From NCBI RefSeq assembly GCF_001194135.2, contig NC_068994.1:11670564-11705495 (forward strand): DNA of 34,932 nucleotides, read 5' to 3'. Shown here piece by piece: positions 10,101-19,614 of the stretch (position 1 is the first letter of the stretch; each line of letters starts with the position of its first letter). Source of the stretch: Octopus bimaculoides (Eukaryota). A program made the translations under genes and the position numbers. Below the pieces are notes generated by a model that saw only the letters and a list, made by a program, of their open reading frames with translations, was not told the origin of the DNA and did not search any database.

Positions 10101-11154
10101 ATACTTGTAACTTTAATATAAAACACGGGTAAGGCAGCNNNNNNNNNNNNNNNNNNNNNNNNNNNNNNNNNNNNNNNNNNNNNNNNNNNNNNNNNNNNNN
10201 NNNNNNNNNNNNNNNNNNNNNNNNNNNNNNNNNNNNNNNNNNNNNNNNNNNNNNNNNNNNNNNNNNNNNNNNNNNNNNNNNNNNNNNNNNNNNNNNNNNN
10301 NNNNNNNNNNNNNNNNNNNNNNNNNNNNNNNNNNNNNNNNNNNNNNNNNNNNNNNNNNNNNNNNNNNNNNNNNNNNNNNNNNNNNNNNNNNNNNNNNNNN
10401 NNNNNNNNNNNNNNNNNNNNNNNNNNNNNNNNNNNNNNNNNNNNNNNNNNNNNNNNNNNNNNNNNNNNNNNNNNNNNNNNNNNNNNNNNNNNNNNNNNNN
10501 NNNNNNNNNNNNNNNNNNNNNNNNNNNNNNNNNNNNNNNNNNNNNNNNNNNNNNNNNNNNNNNNNNNNNNNNNNNNNNNNNNNNNNNNNNNNNNNNNNNN
10601 NNNNNNNNNNNNNNNNNNNNNNNNNNNNNNNNNNNNNNNNNNNNNNNNNNNNNNNNNNNNNNNNNNNNNNNNNNNNNNNNNNNNNNNNNNNNNNNNNNNN
10701 NNNNNNNNNNNNNNNNNNNNNNNNNNNNNNNNNNNNNNNNNNNNNNNNNNNNNNNNNNNNNNNNNNNNNNNNNNNNNNNNNNNNNNNNNNNNNNNNNNNN
10801 NNNNNNNNNNNNNNNNNNNNNNNNNNNNNNNNNNNNNNNNNNNNNNNNNNNNNNNNNNNNNNNNNNNNNNNNNNNNNNNNNNNNNNNNNNNNNNNNNNNN
10901 NNNNNNNNNNNNNNNNNNNNNNNNNNNNNNNNNNNNNNNNNNNNNNNNNNNNNNNNNNNNNNNNNNNNNNNNNNNNNNNNNNNNNNNNNNATATACATAT
11001 ATATAATTATATGTATTTCTTCTATCTTAATGAATAAAAATTCTTCGGATAGAATAAATGGGTTAATAGAAACCAATGTAGCAAAGAACACAAAATAACT
11101 GTGGTGTAGTTCCTGTTTTTAAGGCAGGAACTCCTTGAAATTTTGGGTATTTGA

Positions 11155-11252
11155 GTATATTTAAAAATTTAAGGAATGGAGAAAACACATGTTATAATTG
11201 CATATGCAATTATAACATGCGTTTTCTCCATTCCTTAAATTTTTATATATAC
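11155..11252. repeat. 98-bp loop-less palindrome (49-bp arms, 2 mismatched pairs)
   Basis: Centre between 11203 and 11204 (TTGCAT|ATGCAA); mismatches at 11187/11220 and 11161/11246. Confidence 0.95.
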
Positions 11253-11259
11253 ATATATA

Positions 11260-11455
11260 TGTATACATGTTTATGTCCCCGTATGTATACATGTTTATGT
11301 CCCCGTAACTTAGCGGTCCAGCAAAAGATACCGAAAGAATAAGCACTGGCTTACAAAGAGTAAGTCCGGGTATTGATTTCTTAGACTAACACCCTATAAG
11401 GCGGTGCTCCAGCATGGGCGCAGTCAAATGACTGAAACGGGCAAAAGAATAAAAG
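11260..11455 (+). mobile_element. SINE family A 3' half with a 24-bp tandem duplication at its 5' junction
   Basis: tgtatacatgtttatgtccccgta x2 (11260-11307), then aacttagcggt..ggcggtgctccagcatgg..CAGTC-aaat-GACTG-aaac. Confidence 0.88.
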
Positions 11456-11512
<57 letters not shown>

Positions 11513-11644
11513 GGATAGATAGATAGATCGGTGTGTGTATATATATATATATATAATGTATTGTTTCATGATGGTAAGATCAACAAAAGGAGTACGCCAT
11601 CTGGTGAGAGGTAAATATTATTTAATAGACACAACGCTTTTTTA

Positions 11645-11703
11645 TGTGCTACTAATAGTTTCATATGTCGAGAAATGTCACAAATATATATTCATCAGGC
11701 ACA
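11645..11703 (-). ncRNA. Type I hammerhead ribozyme motif, intact core, long AT-rich stem II
   Basis: Minus strand: TGTGC|CTGATGA|ATAT..(21 nt)..ATAT|GAAA|CTATTAG|TA|GCACA. Perfect 5-bp stem I, helix III ACTA-T-TAGT, GUA triplet; 10.1-11.1 is A-U rather than G-C. Confidence 0.7.
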
Positions 11704-11850
11704 AAACACATATTATAACGAACTAGAAATTGAATGAAAGAAGAAAGGCGAAAAGTTGAGAAAGAAACATATAGAAAATGTGGAAAGTTGAAAATAAACG
11801 GAAAACGAATAATAGAAAACGACAAATTAAAATGTAAAAAGTGAAAAGTG

Positions 11851-11951
11851 TAGAAGACACTTGCCCAAGTTTATACCCAGGGAGTCTGAACCTGGAGCCA
11901 CGTGATTATTAGGAAACAAACTTTTTTTAACAACACAGCCGCGCCAGCGCC
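11851..11951 (-). mobile_element. SINE family A 5' head fragment (diverged)
   Basis: tagaagacacttgcccaag..ctgaacctggagccacgtg..acacagcc matches the head at 19395-19490. Confidence 0.75.
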
Positions 11952-12914
11952 GCTTTGTCACACAACGTGCGCCAATACTAACCATCTTTTTTTTATCTTA
12001 TTTTTCTATTTCATTTATTTGTTTATTTATTTATTCATTGTCAATTTTTCTGTTTGAAATTTCTAATTTATAAACGAAAATTAGAGTAGGGTGAATATAA
12101 AATTGGAATTCGAACTTGATGTAAAATTTCGAAAATAAATAAATGAATGAATAAATAAACAAATAAATACAAATTGCTATCGATTCGAATTAAAACTTTA
12201 GGGGGTTTTATTTTAGTTTTATTTGTTGAATTTAGATACGAGTTCTAGTTTCAACGTTGGTTATTCATTATCGTTTTTATAAATTTCAATTCAACTTTTC
12301 CTTCCTCCACCTCGTTCCGATTTTCGTTCATCAGAACTTAGTTTTATCGATTTGGAATTTTTTGTATGGTATCAAATGGANNNNNNNNNNNNNNNNNNNN
12401 NNNNNNNNNNNNNNNNNNNNNNNNNNNNNNNNNNNNNNNNNNNNNNNNNNNNNNNNNNNNNNNNNNNNNNNNNNNNNNNNNNNNNNNNNNNNNNNNNNNN
12501 NNNNNNNNNNNNNNNNNNNNNNNNNNNNNNNNNNNNNNNNNNNNNNNNNNNNNNNNNNNNNNNNNNNNNNNNNNNNNNNNNNNNNNNNNNNNNNNNNNNN
12601 NNNNNNNNNNNNNNNNNNNNNNNNNNNNNNNNNNNNNNNNNNNNNNNNNNNNNNNNNNNNNNNNNNNNNNNNNNNNNNNNNNNNNNNNNNNNNNNNNNNN
12701 NNNNNNNNNNNNNNNNNNNNNNNNNNNNNNNNNNNNNNNNNNNNNNNNNNNNNNNNNNNNNNNNNNNNNNNNNNNNNNNNNNNNNNNNNNNNNNNNNNNN
12801 NNNNNNNNNNNNNNNNNNNNNNNNNNNNNNNNNNNNNNNNNNNNNNNNNNNNNNNNNNNNNNNNNNNNNNNNNNNNNNNNNNNNNNNNNNNNNNNNNNNN
12901 NNNNNNNNNNNNNN

Positions 12915-13425
12915 AGATCTTTTAATAACAAGTGTCAAGGTTACAAGGAAAATGGAGAAAACTGAGTATCGTGCTGTCATAAAGTACCTTCATTTGAAAG
13001 GCATGACTCCATCAGAAATCCTCGAAGATATGGTGAGAACCTTAACAGACATTACTCCTTTATATGCAACAGTCAAACGCTGGGTAAATGAATTCAAGCG
13101 TGGCAGAGAGAGTGTGGAAGATGATCCCAGACCAGGGAGATCTCCAACTGTAACCACCAAGGTCAACTTTGACCTTACTCTTGGTATGATAATGCAAGAT
13201 CACCGAATATCACGTCGTCACATAGCCGAGTGACTAGGAAGCTCAACTGAAAGAGCAGACAACATTGTGACAAAAGAACTTGGGTTCTCAAAGGTTTCCG
13301 CAAGGTGGGTCCCTCGCCTTTTGACTCCTGACAGAAACGCACTAGGTGCACTTTGTCCACGAGCAATCTAGAACTGTTTGAAGCCGATGAACAGAATTTT
13401 CTTGCTCGTTTCATTACTATGGACG
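12915..13425 (+). pseudogene. Mariner transposase pseudogene, 5' half
   Basis: ATG at 12952: MEKTEYRAVIKYL..TVKRWVNEFKRGRESVEDDPRPGR..KVSARWVPRLL..FITMD. One stop and one frameshift; ends at the first catalytic Asp. Confidence 0.93.
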
Positions 13426-14580
13426 GAAGAAATGTACTGACCACCATTGACAGTTTCCACGTCAACAGCAACACCAACAGGATCTATGTGAGATGGTGGT
13501 AGAAGCATAAGATCATTCCATTCCAAACAGCCTTTCAATGTCGCATTGTATCGCTCAGACAACACCTGCTGAGCAATAAAGAAAGAGATGCGTACATTCC
13601 ATGCATACTCAAAAACAACATCTTCAGAGATGGAGAAAAACAGCTGAACAGGCACTCCGAGAACGCACCTATCTCAAGCAGCCCCAAGGTGGCTAAACTG
13701 GCCTGCCTAAACAGAAGCTTGGAGGAGAGAAGGAGGCATCATACCAGCAAAAAACAAAGCATAGGTGTATTCCTGTAAGCTAGAGGATAACAACTGCATT
13801 GACAGGAGCCTCTCTATCACCTATGATATGTTATATCCACTACCACCACCCTAGAAGGATATGCCTTCGCTATGCAGGCACAAGAGACTAAATACCTGAT
13901 AAACAAGAGAGAGAAAGATATCACCAAACCTCCCGTTTGTGATAGAAAATATCGATTCTGTTATACCAGTGTGGAAGATATCATCCATATCATCAGCAGC
14001 TACCTTAAAATGTCTACGACAGACCTGGCCAGCTCCAATTACATTGCAGACCACTTTAATCACAGAAAGTATTTTGAGGGCATCTTGTATACTGAGAGAA
14101 TTGAGAGCATTTTGCTTTCTCATGCTATTATTACAATAATGAATGAATGATCGTTGATTCAACATGAAATACTATCTTTGCAAAACAGTAGTATCTTTCT
14201 TTTTTTACTTTTCATTAAAATCTTTAATTTTTGATAATTTTTGTTTTTTAATGTTTGTTTAAATAAACCCATTTCAAGAAAGTATCAAGTAGGTCTCAAG
14301 ATAAAAGTTTGTGGGTCGCATGCGTCTCGCGGACCTCAGGTTGGCCAGCCCTGGTCTACGAGATACTACCTTCCCCTGAAGCATGGTATATTTCAAAGAC
14401 TGTTTACAACGCTATCCGCAGGAAGGATTGCCTTGAAGTATACATAATAGGCATGTCAAAACTAGCACGTATTCACACTTTTAAAAACAAGGAATTCTAG
14501 TGGAAAACTCCAATAAAAACAGCAATTCGGAGCAAACATAACAGACCGGATATTGTTCTGTAGCACAGGGAACAAAAGCC
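13426..14580 (+). mobile_element. RLE-type non-LTR retrotransposon remnant (R4/Dong/NeSL-like): RT thumb, CCHC knuckle, RLE start
   Basis: RNVLTTIDSFHVNSNTNRIYV; EGYAFAMQAQETKYL; decayed C-x2-C-x8-H-x4-C (K[Y]RFCYTSVEDIIHIISS[Y]); RYYLPLKH; WKTPIKTAIRSKHNRPDIV. The clade assignment is from recalled motifs. Confidence 0.82.
14020..14353. mobile_element. Non-autonomous hAT (Charlie-like) element, 334 bp
   Basis: Perfect 8-bp TSD GTCTACGA at 14012-14019 and 14354-14361; imperfect TIRs CAGACCTGGCCAGCT / CAGGGCTGGCCAACC; removal restores LINE frame KMST-RYYLP. Confidence 0.9.
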
Positions 14581-14604
14581 AAGCACTTTCGTGATGCATA
14601 AAAT

Positions 14605-14644
14605 GAAATGCACCCATTACGTATTTACGTAATGGATGCATTTC
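14605..14644. repeat. 19-bp inverted repeat, 2-nt loop, one mismatch
   Basis: GAAATGCACCCATTACGTA-TT-TACGTAATGGATGCATTTC. Confidence 0.85.
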
Positions 14645-14912
14645 CTATCATATATTACGCATAGCTGAAACATACTTATTAAATGATTTCATAATATCAC
14701 TATACATATATAAAGAAAGGACAGTGTGTGCGTGTGCGCGTACGCGTGTGTACGAGGAAAGTGTTGGCAGTGAAAACGTATTGAAGTAATCCTTCAGCTT
14801 AATAATAAATTGCTTTAATATGTAAAAAAATTTAACATTAAAAGGGATCACTTAGTACATTTTAATATAGTAAATATTTAGCAACAAACATTATTGTGGA
14901 TATATGAATATG

Positions 14913-14956
<44 letters not shown>

Positions 14957-15025
14957 AATCCACAACACACACACACGTACACGCACACACACACGCACAC
15001 ACACACACACGCACAATGGATAGAC

Positions 15026-15084
<59 letters not shown>

Positions 15085-15086
15085 AC

Positions 15087-15200
15087 AAGTAGCAGGCTAT
15101 AAAAAAATTACTGGGGTCGATTGATTCAACTAAAAATGCTCACAAAGAGGTACCCCAGCATGGCCACAGTCTGGTGACTGCAACAAGTAAAAGATAGAAG
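15087..15200 (+). mobile_element. SINE family A 3' terminal fragment after (CA)n/(GATA)n
   Basis: ctggggtcgatt..ccagcatggcca-CAGTC-tggt-GACTG-caacaagtaaaaga. Confidence 0.8.
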
Positions 15201-15833
15201 GTAAAAGAAATATTTTTGCAAAACTGTCGTATGTGAGGCTTACTACACTTTTGAAAAACGCTCAACTGTCGTACTACACTTTGATAATTTTCATCTGAAG
15301 CAGCTGGAGATGCGTTAGTTTGACCAAAAGAACCGGCTACAGCAAGCAAAATTAAATATTGAAAAAAAAACGCATTTGGGCAAATTTGGACATACGACAG
15401 TTTAACATTATAGCAACGTTTTGTTTATTGTCTACGCGCGCGTGCACTTAAATTCTCTGGTATTCTTTAGCTCCGCCTTAATACAATAAACTATTGATCT
15501 TTTTAAAGTATTGCAGTGGATAAAATACTTGTTAGAAACTATGCAATTAGGAGTAGCGACAGATATGGTATTATTGGTGCTTGTAATTCTTTTTGACTTG
15601 AATTGATTTATAGAGCATACTTACACCAAGAGTGGCAGACTTTAATTGTGTTTCCCTTAAAGATCTTAAGATATTTATGATGCGTCAGAAAGTGAAACGA
15701 TATTGAAATTTAGAAAATGATTGGCAATATTAGTTTTTTAATATTTAAACTGAAGATGGTATTATACCACAAAATATTTCTAAATTTGTTCTGTTTACTA
15801 ACATAGCCGGGAGGTGCCGAAGTGGATAATATA

Positions 15834-16635
15834 CGAGGAAGTACCCAAAAGAAACGGGAATTTTGCAATATTATTTTATTCACTTAGTTTTACAGGATTA
15901 TACTTTTATCACCTGCAAAGTATTCTTCACGGTCCAGACGCGTTTTCCTCTGTTCGAAGCAATCCTGGAACCATTGCGATGTGATGCTTTTTAACGCCTC
16001 TGTCGTTTTTTTTTTTTTCGTCACCTCTTCCACATCTGCAAATTCCGTAGCACCAGATTTCGTCGCTAGTCATGACCTTCAGAAAAAGGTCCTGGTCAAC
16101 TTCCAACTGTTCCTTCAGTTCACGACACGCATTACGTCGGGACTGCTGCTGATCTTCCGTGAGCAAGCGAGGCTCAAATTTTGCTGCAACTCTTTTCATT
16201 GGAAATTCCCTGTTCAAAATTCGTTGGCAGGAGCTCTAGGACACAGCAGACGTATTAACCAGTTCGTCAATTGTACAGCGATGGTCATCCAAGATCAGTT
16301 CGTGTATTTTCGAGATGTTTTGATTCGTTCGGGAAGTCGACAGTCGTCCTGAACGAGGTTAGTCTTCAAGCGACAAGTGACCATTCCTAAAGCGCGAAAG
16401 CCACTTGTAAGCTTGAGTTTTGCTCATAGCAGCATCCTTGTAAGCTGTTTGTAGTATGACAACTGTTTCGGCTGTCGTTTTCCCCATCAGAAAACAGAAT
16501 TTCACGTAAGCATGCTGTTCCTTGTTTCAGCAATCGCAAAAATCGACGAACAGGGGAGAAACACTGCAAAACAAAGACGCACCATGTGGCAAACGACTTC
16601 ATCCGACGACGCCATTCGGCAGACTGATGCCTGAG
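15834..16635 (-). mobile_element. Internally deleted mariner element
   Basis: TA+CGAGG terminus at 15832-15838. Minus-strand transposase KFCFLMGKTTAET..SKTQAYKW..RVAAKFEPRLL..VMTSDEIWCYG jumps to the C-terminal FADVEEV..CFEQ..EYF; catalytic core deleted. Confidence 0.9.
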
Positions 16636-17029
16636 GTTCGTATCAAGTGGATTCTAGAGGCGGAAGCCTGAATTACAACGGACTTGTCCCACAGAGAATG
16701 CTTCCAGTTACTTTTGAGTACTTCGTATTGTATTTCATCCAGAAAAAACATGATTGTGAAAAGCCTCGGTTCGTCAAAAGTTAATGAAGAAAGACTGAAC
16801 AATATATTTCGTAGAATGTTAGGCAAATAATTAGAAATGTTGTTCGCATAACACAATTTCTCACTGTGTCTTTTAGTAAAGGTACACTATATTTCCATCT
16901 AATTCCAAAGTGATATCTAAAAGATCAACTATAGTAAGATTAATGTGAACAATAATTCTTTAACGTATTTCATTTAATTATTTTATAAGATCATTTCTAA
17001 ATCTATCAATTTCATGACTATTTTTGATG

Positions 17030-17249
17030 CATAGTCGAATAAAATTATCCCAGGACATTTTCTGTGTAAAGCCTGGAGCTCATTCTGTCCGAGTCTTTTG
17101 CTAGGGCTGCTAAGTTCCGGAGACGTAAACACACCCACACTGGACTGGCTGTTAAGCGGTGATGAGGGACAGAGACAAAAGATACACATACGTAGACGGG
17201 CTTCTTCTAGTTTCTGTCTACCAAAACCACACAAAAGGCTTTGATCGGC
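17030..17249 (-). mobile_element. SINE family A body without head
   Basis: Aligns with 20190-20430 (gctaagtt.cgg.gacgtaaacac..gacgggcttctt..agttt.cgtcta..aaggcttt..tcggc). Confidence 0.8.
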
Positions 17250-17668
17250 AGGGGAACGAGCCAGGCTGGGAGGTGGGGGTCAAAGAAGAAACTGTGGGCC
17301 AGAAGGTCACGCAGGTTATGAGCTCGTTTGAAAGAGGGAAGGGGTAGGTTGGGGAAGACGTGCGAAGTGGAGGGGGTTGGAATGTAGTCGCCGGAAGGCT
17401 CGGAAAATGGTGCGTTGGAGGGGCAGGATGGAGGGGAAACGGGAGACAAACAACGGCGGAGCGGGTTTGGGGGGAGAGAGAACAGTGGCACGGTCCACGG
17501 AACGTACCCTGGCAAGGGCAGTGAGGATAGTGGTGAGGGAATATCCACGAAGGATGGTGTGGCGAGACATGAGTGAGAGTGTCTCAAAGTCAAGGTCGTC
17601 ATTGCAGAGCCTGCGCAGACGGAGGAATTGGGAGTAGGGGATGGAGAGCTTGGTGTGGGTAGGGTGAA
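17248..17668 (-). pseudogene. Penelope-like element fragment (post-RT linker up to the Cys motif before GIY-YIG)
   Basis: Minus strand: HPTHTKLSIPYSQFLRLRRLCNDDLDF..LRGYS..; SFKRAHNLRDLL; PGSFPC. These match the characteristic PLE motifs HPxHxKxSIPYSQFLRLRRIC, RGY and RxxNLxDxL. Confidence 0.88.
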
Positions 17669-17708
17669 AGCAAAATATAGGTTAGTTTAGTTAAAATATG
17701 TCTGTAGC

Positions 17709-17908
17709 ATATTTCATCCGCTAAGAGGCAAATACGCTGCAGTTACCGTGGAGGAAATATATCTCTTATTGTAAAAGAATCAATAAACTCGAAACATCGA
17801 TGGCTGAGATTCCTAATAGATGGCGACACTGTTTTCACACCTTTTACCATTACAGAGATATTTCTCCACGGTAACTGCAGTGTATTTGACTTTTAGCAGT
17901 TGAAATAT
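17709..17908. mobile_element. MITE-like fold-back element, ~68-bp imperfect arms
   Basis: 17709-17777 is the reverse complement of 17841-17908, including an identical 17-mer CTGCAGTTACCGTGGAG. Confidence 0.75.
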
Positions 17909-18002
17909 ATCACAAGCATTTTAACTAACTTAAATTTTGCTTATGCTTAAACATCACTTGGTGCTAACATTTCGTTATATGTGCGTATGTGTGTGTGTGT
18001 AA

Positions 18003-18093
18003 TTTGGTTAATGTGAGATGGAAGATGGAAGATACGAGAATTTTTATACTAAAAATTCTCCTATCTTCCATCTTCCGTCTCTCATTAACCAAA
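18003..18093. repeat. 44-bp inverted repeat with 3-nt loop
   Basis: 41 Watson-Crick pairs, one G-T and two mismatches. Confidence 0.95.
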
Positions 18094-18169
18094 CCAAATA
18101 CATAACGAACACTGTGAAAATGATTGTGTTTTACCAGTAAGCTACTTGGTATAAACCATTCGTTTTATT

Positions 18170-18247
<78 letters not shown>

Positions 18248-18293
18248 TATATATACATGATAATATGTATAAATGTAGACATATGATAATATG

Positions 18294-18354
<61 letters not shown>

Positions 18355-18606
18355 ATATATGTATTGCCATTGTTGAATTGTATAACGAAAGGGATTTTCC
18401 ATTTTAATATCAGAGTCCTTGATTGGTATCATACTGCCGGTGAATAATAAATCTTTGATAAGAGGTTTAGTTATGGAAGGTTAGCAGTTTATGGAATCAA
18501 AGAATTCCTATTCATCTGATGGTTATTCAGCACCCGTGAATATCAGTCTCTGAATCAGGAAATATAACGACCGAGAGATTATATCTTCATATATACATAT
18601 ACATAC

Positions 18607-18660
<54 letters not shown>

Positions 18661-19328
18661 TATGTGTATACACACGCATATATATGTGTAAATATGTATT
18701 TATATACATATATGCACAAATATATATACATACATACGCATATGCAAATATGTTATATAGAGACATAGAGATAAATGAATATACATCTATATATACGTAT
18801 ATGCATTCATATATATATATATANNNNNNNNNNNNNNNNNNNNNNNNNNNNNNNNNNNNNNNNNNNNNNNNNNNNNNNNNNNNNNNNNNNNNNNNNNNNN
18901 NNNNNNNNNNNNNNNNNNNNNNNNNNNNNNNNNNNNNNNNNNNNNNNNNNNNNNNNNNNNNNNNNNNNNNNNNNNNNNNNNNNNNNNNNNNNNNNNNNNN
19001 NNNNNNNNNNNNNNNNNNNNNNNNNNNNNNNNNNNNNNNNNNNNNNNNNNNNNNNNNNNNNNNNNNNNNNNNNNNNNNNNNNNNNNNNNNNNNNNNNNNN
19101 NNNNNNNNNNNNNNNNNNNNNNNNNNNNNNNNNNNNNNNNNNNNNNNNNNNNNNNNNNNNNNNNNNNNNNNNNNNNNNNNNNNNNNNNNNNNNNNNNNNN
19201 NNNNNNNNNNNNNNNNNNNNNNNNNNNNNNNNNNNNNNNNNNNNNNNNNNNNNNNNNNNNNNNNNNNNNNNNNNNNNNNNNNNNNNNNNNNNNNNNNNNN
19301 NNNNNNNNNNNNNNNNNNNNNNNNNNNN

Positions 19329-19490
19329 TATATACGTCGAGCTTCTTTCAGTTTAAAATCCACTCACACAGCTATGGTCGGCCCGAGGCTATAGTAGAAG
19401 ACACTTGCCCAAGGGGCCATGCAGTGAGACTGAACCCGGAACCATGTGGTTGATAAGCAAGCTACTTACGACACAGCCACTCCTACGCCT
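19329..19490 (-). mobile_element. SINE family A 5' half (tRNA-like head + CORE-like segment)
   Basis: Minus: AGGCGTAGGAG-TGGCTGTGTCGT (A-box-like)..GGGTTCAGTCTC (B-box-like)..CTTGGGCAAGTG (CORE-SINE-like from recall). The rest is in the gap. Confidence 0.88.
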
Positions 19491-19496
19491 ATGCAT

Positions 19497-19566
<70 letters not shown>

Positions 19567-19614
19567 GAATTGAAAGATAGGGATTTAACAAAGTCGTATT
19601 ATATTCTTCTCATT

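Noticed and set aside
12012-12168. ~27-bp inverted repeat ATTTATTTGTTTATTTATTTATTCATT
   Set aside because: The arms are (TTTA)n-like low complexity, so complementarity is expected by chance.
15750-15785. CTGAAGA-TGGT-attat-ACCA-CAAAATATTTC, a hammerhead-like string
   Set aside because: G12 of GAAA is missing and stem I does not pair in register; at best a heavily decayed relic.
16455-16490. Minus-strand CTGATGG..CCGAAAC-AGTT-GTC hammerhead look-alike
   Set aside because: The core is CUGAUGG, there is no stem II or proximal stem I, and the bases encode LMGKTTAETVV of the mariner transposase.
17819-17828. AGATGGCG CTCF/YY1-like motif (also AAAATGGCG near 20083)
   Set aside because: Too short to support, and it lies inside transposon-derived sequence.
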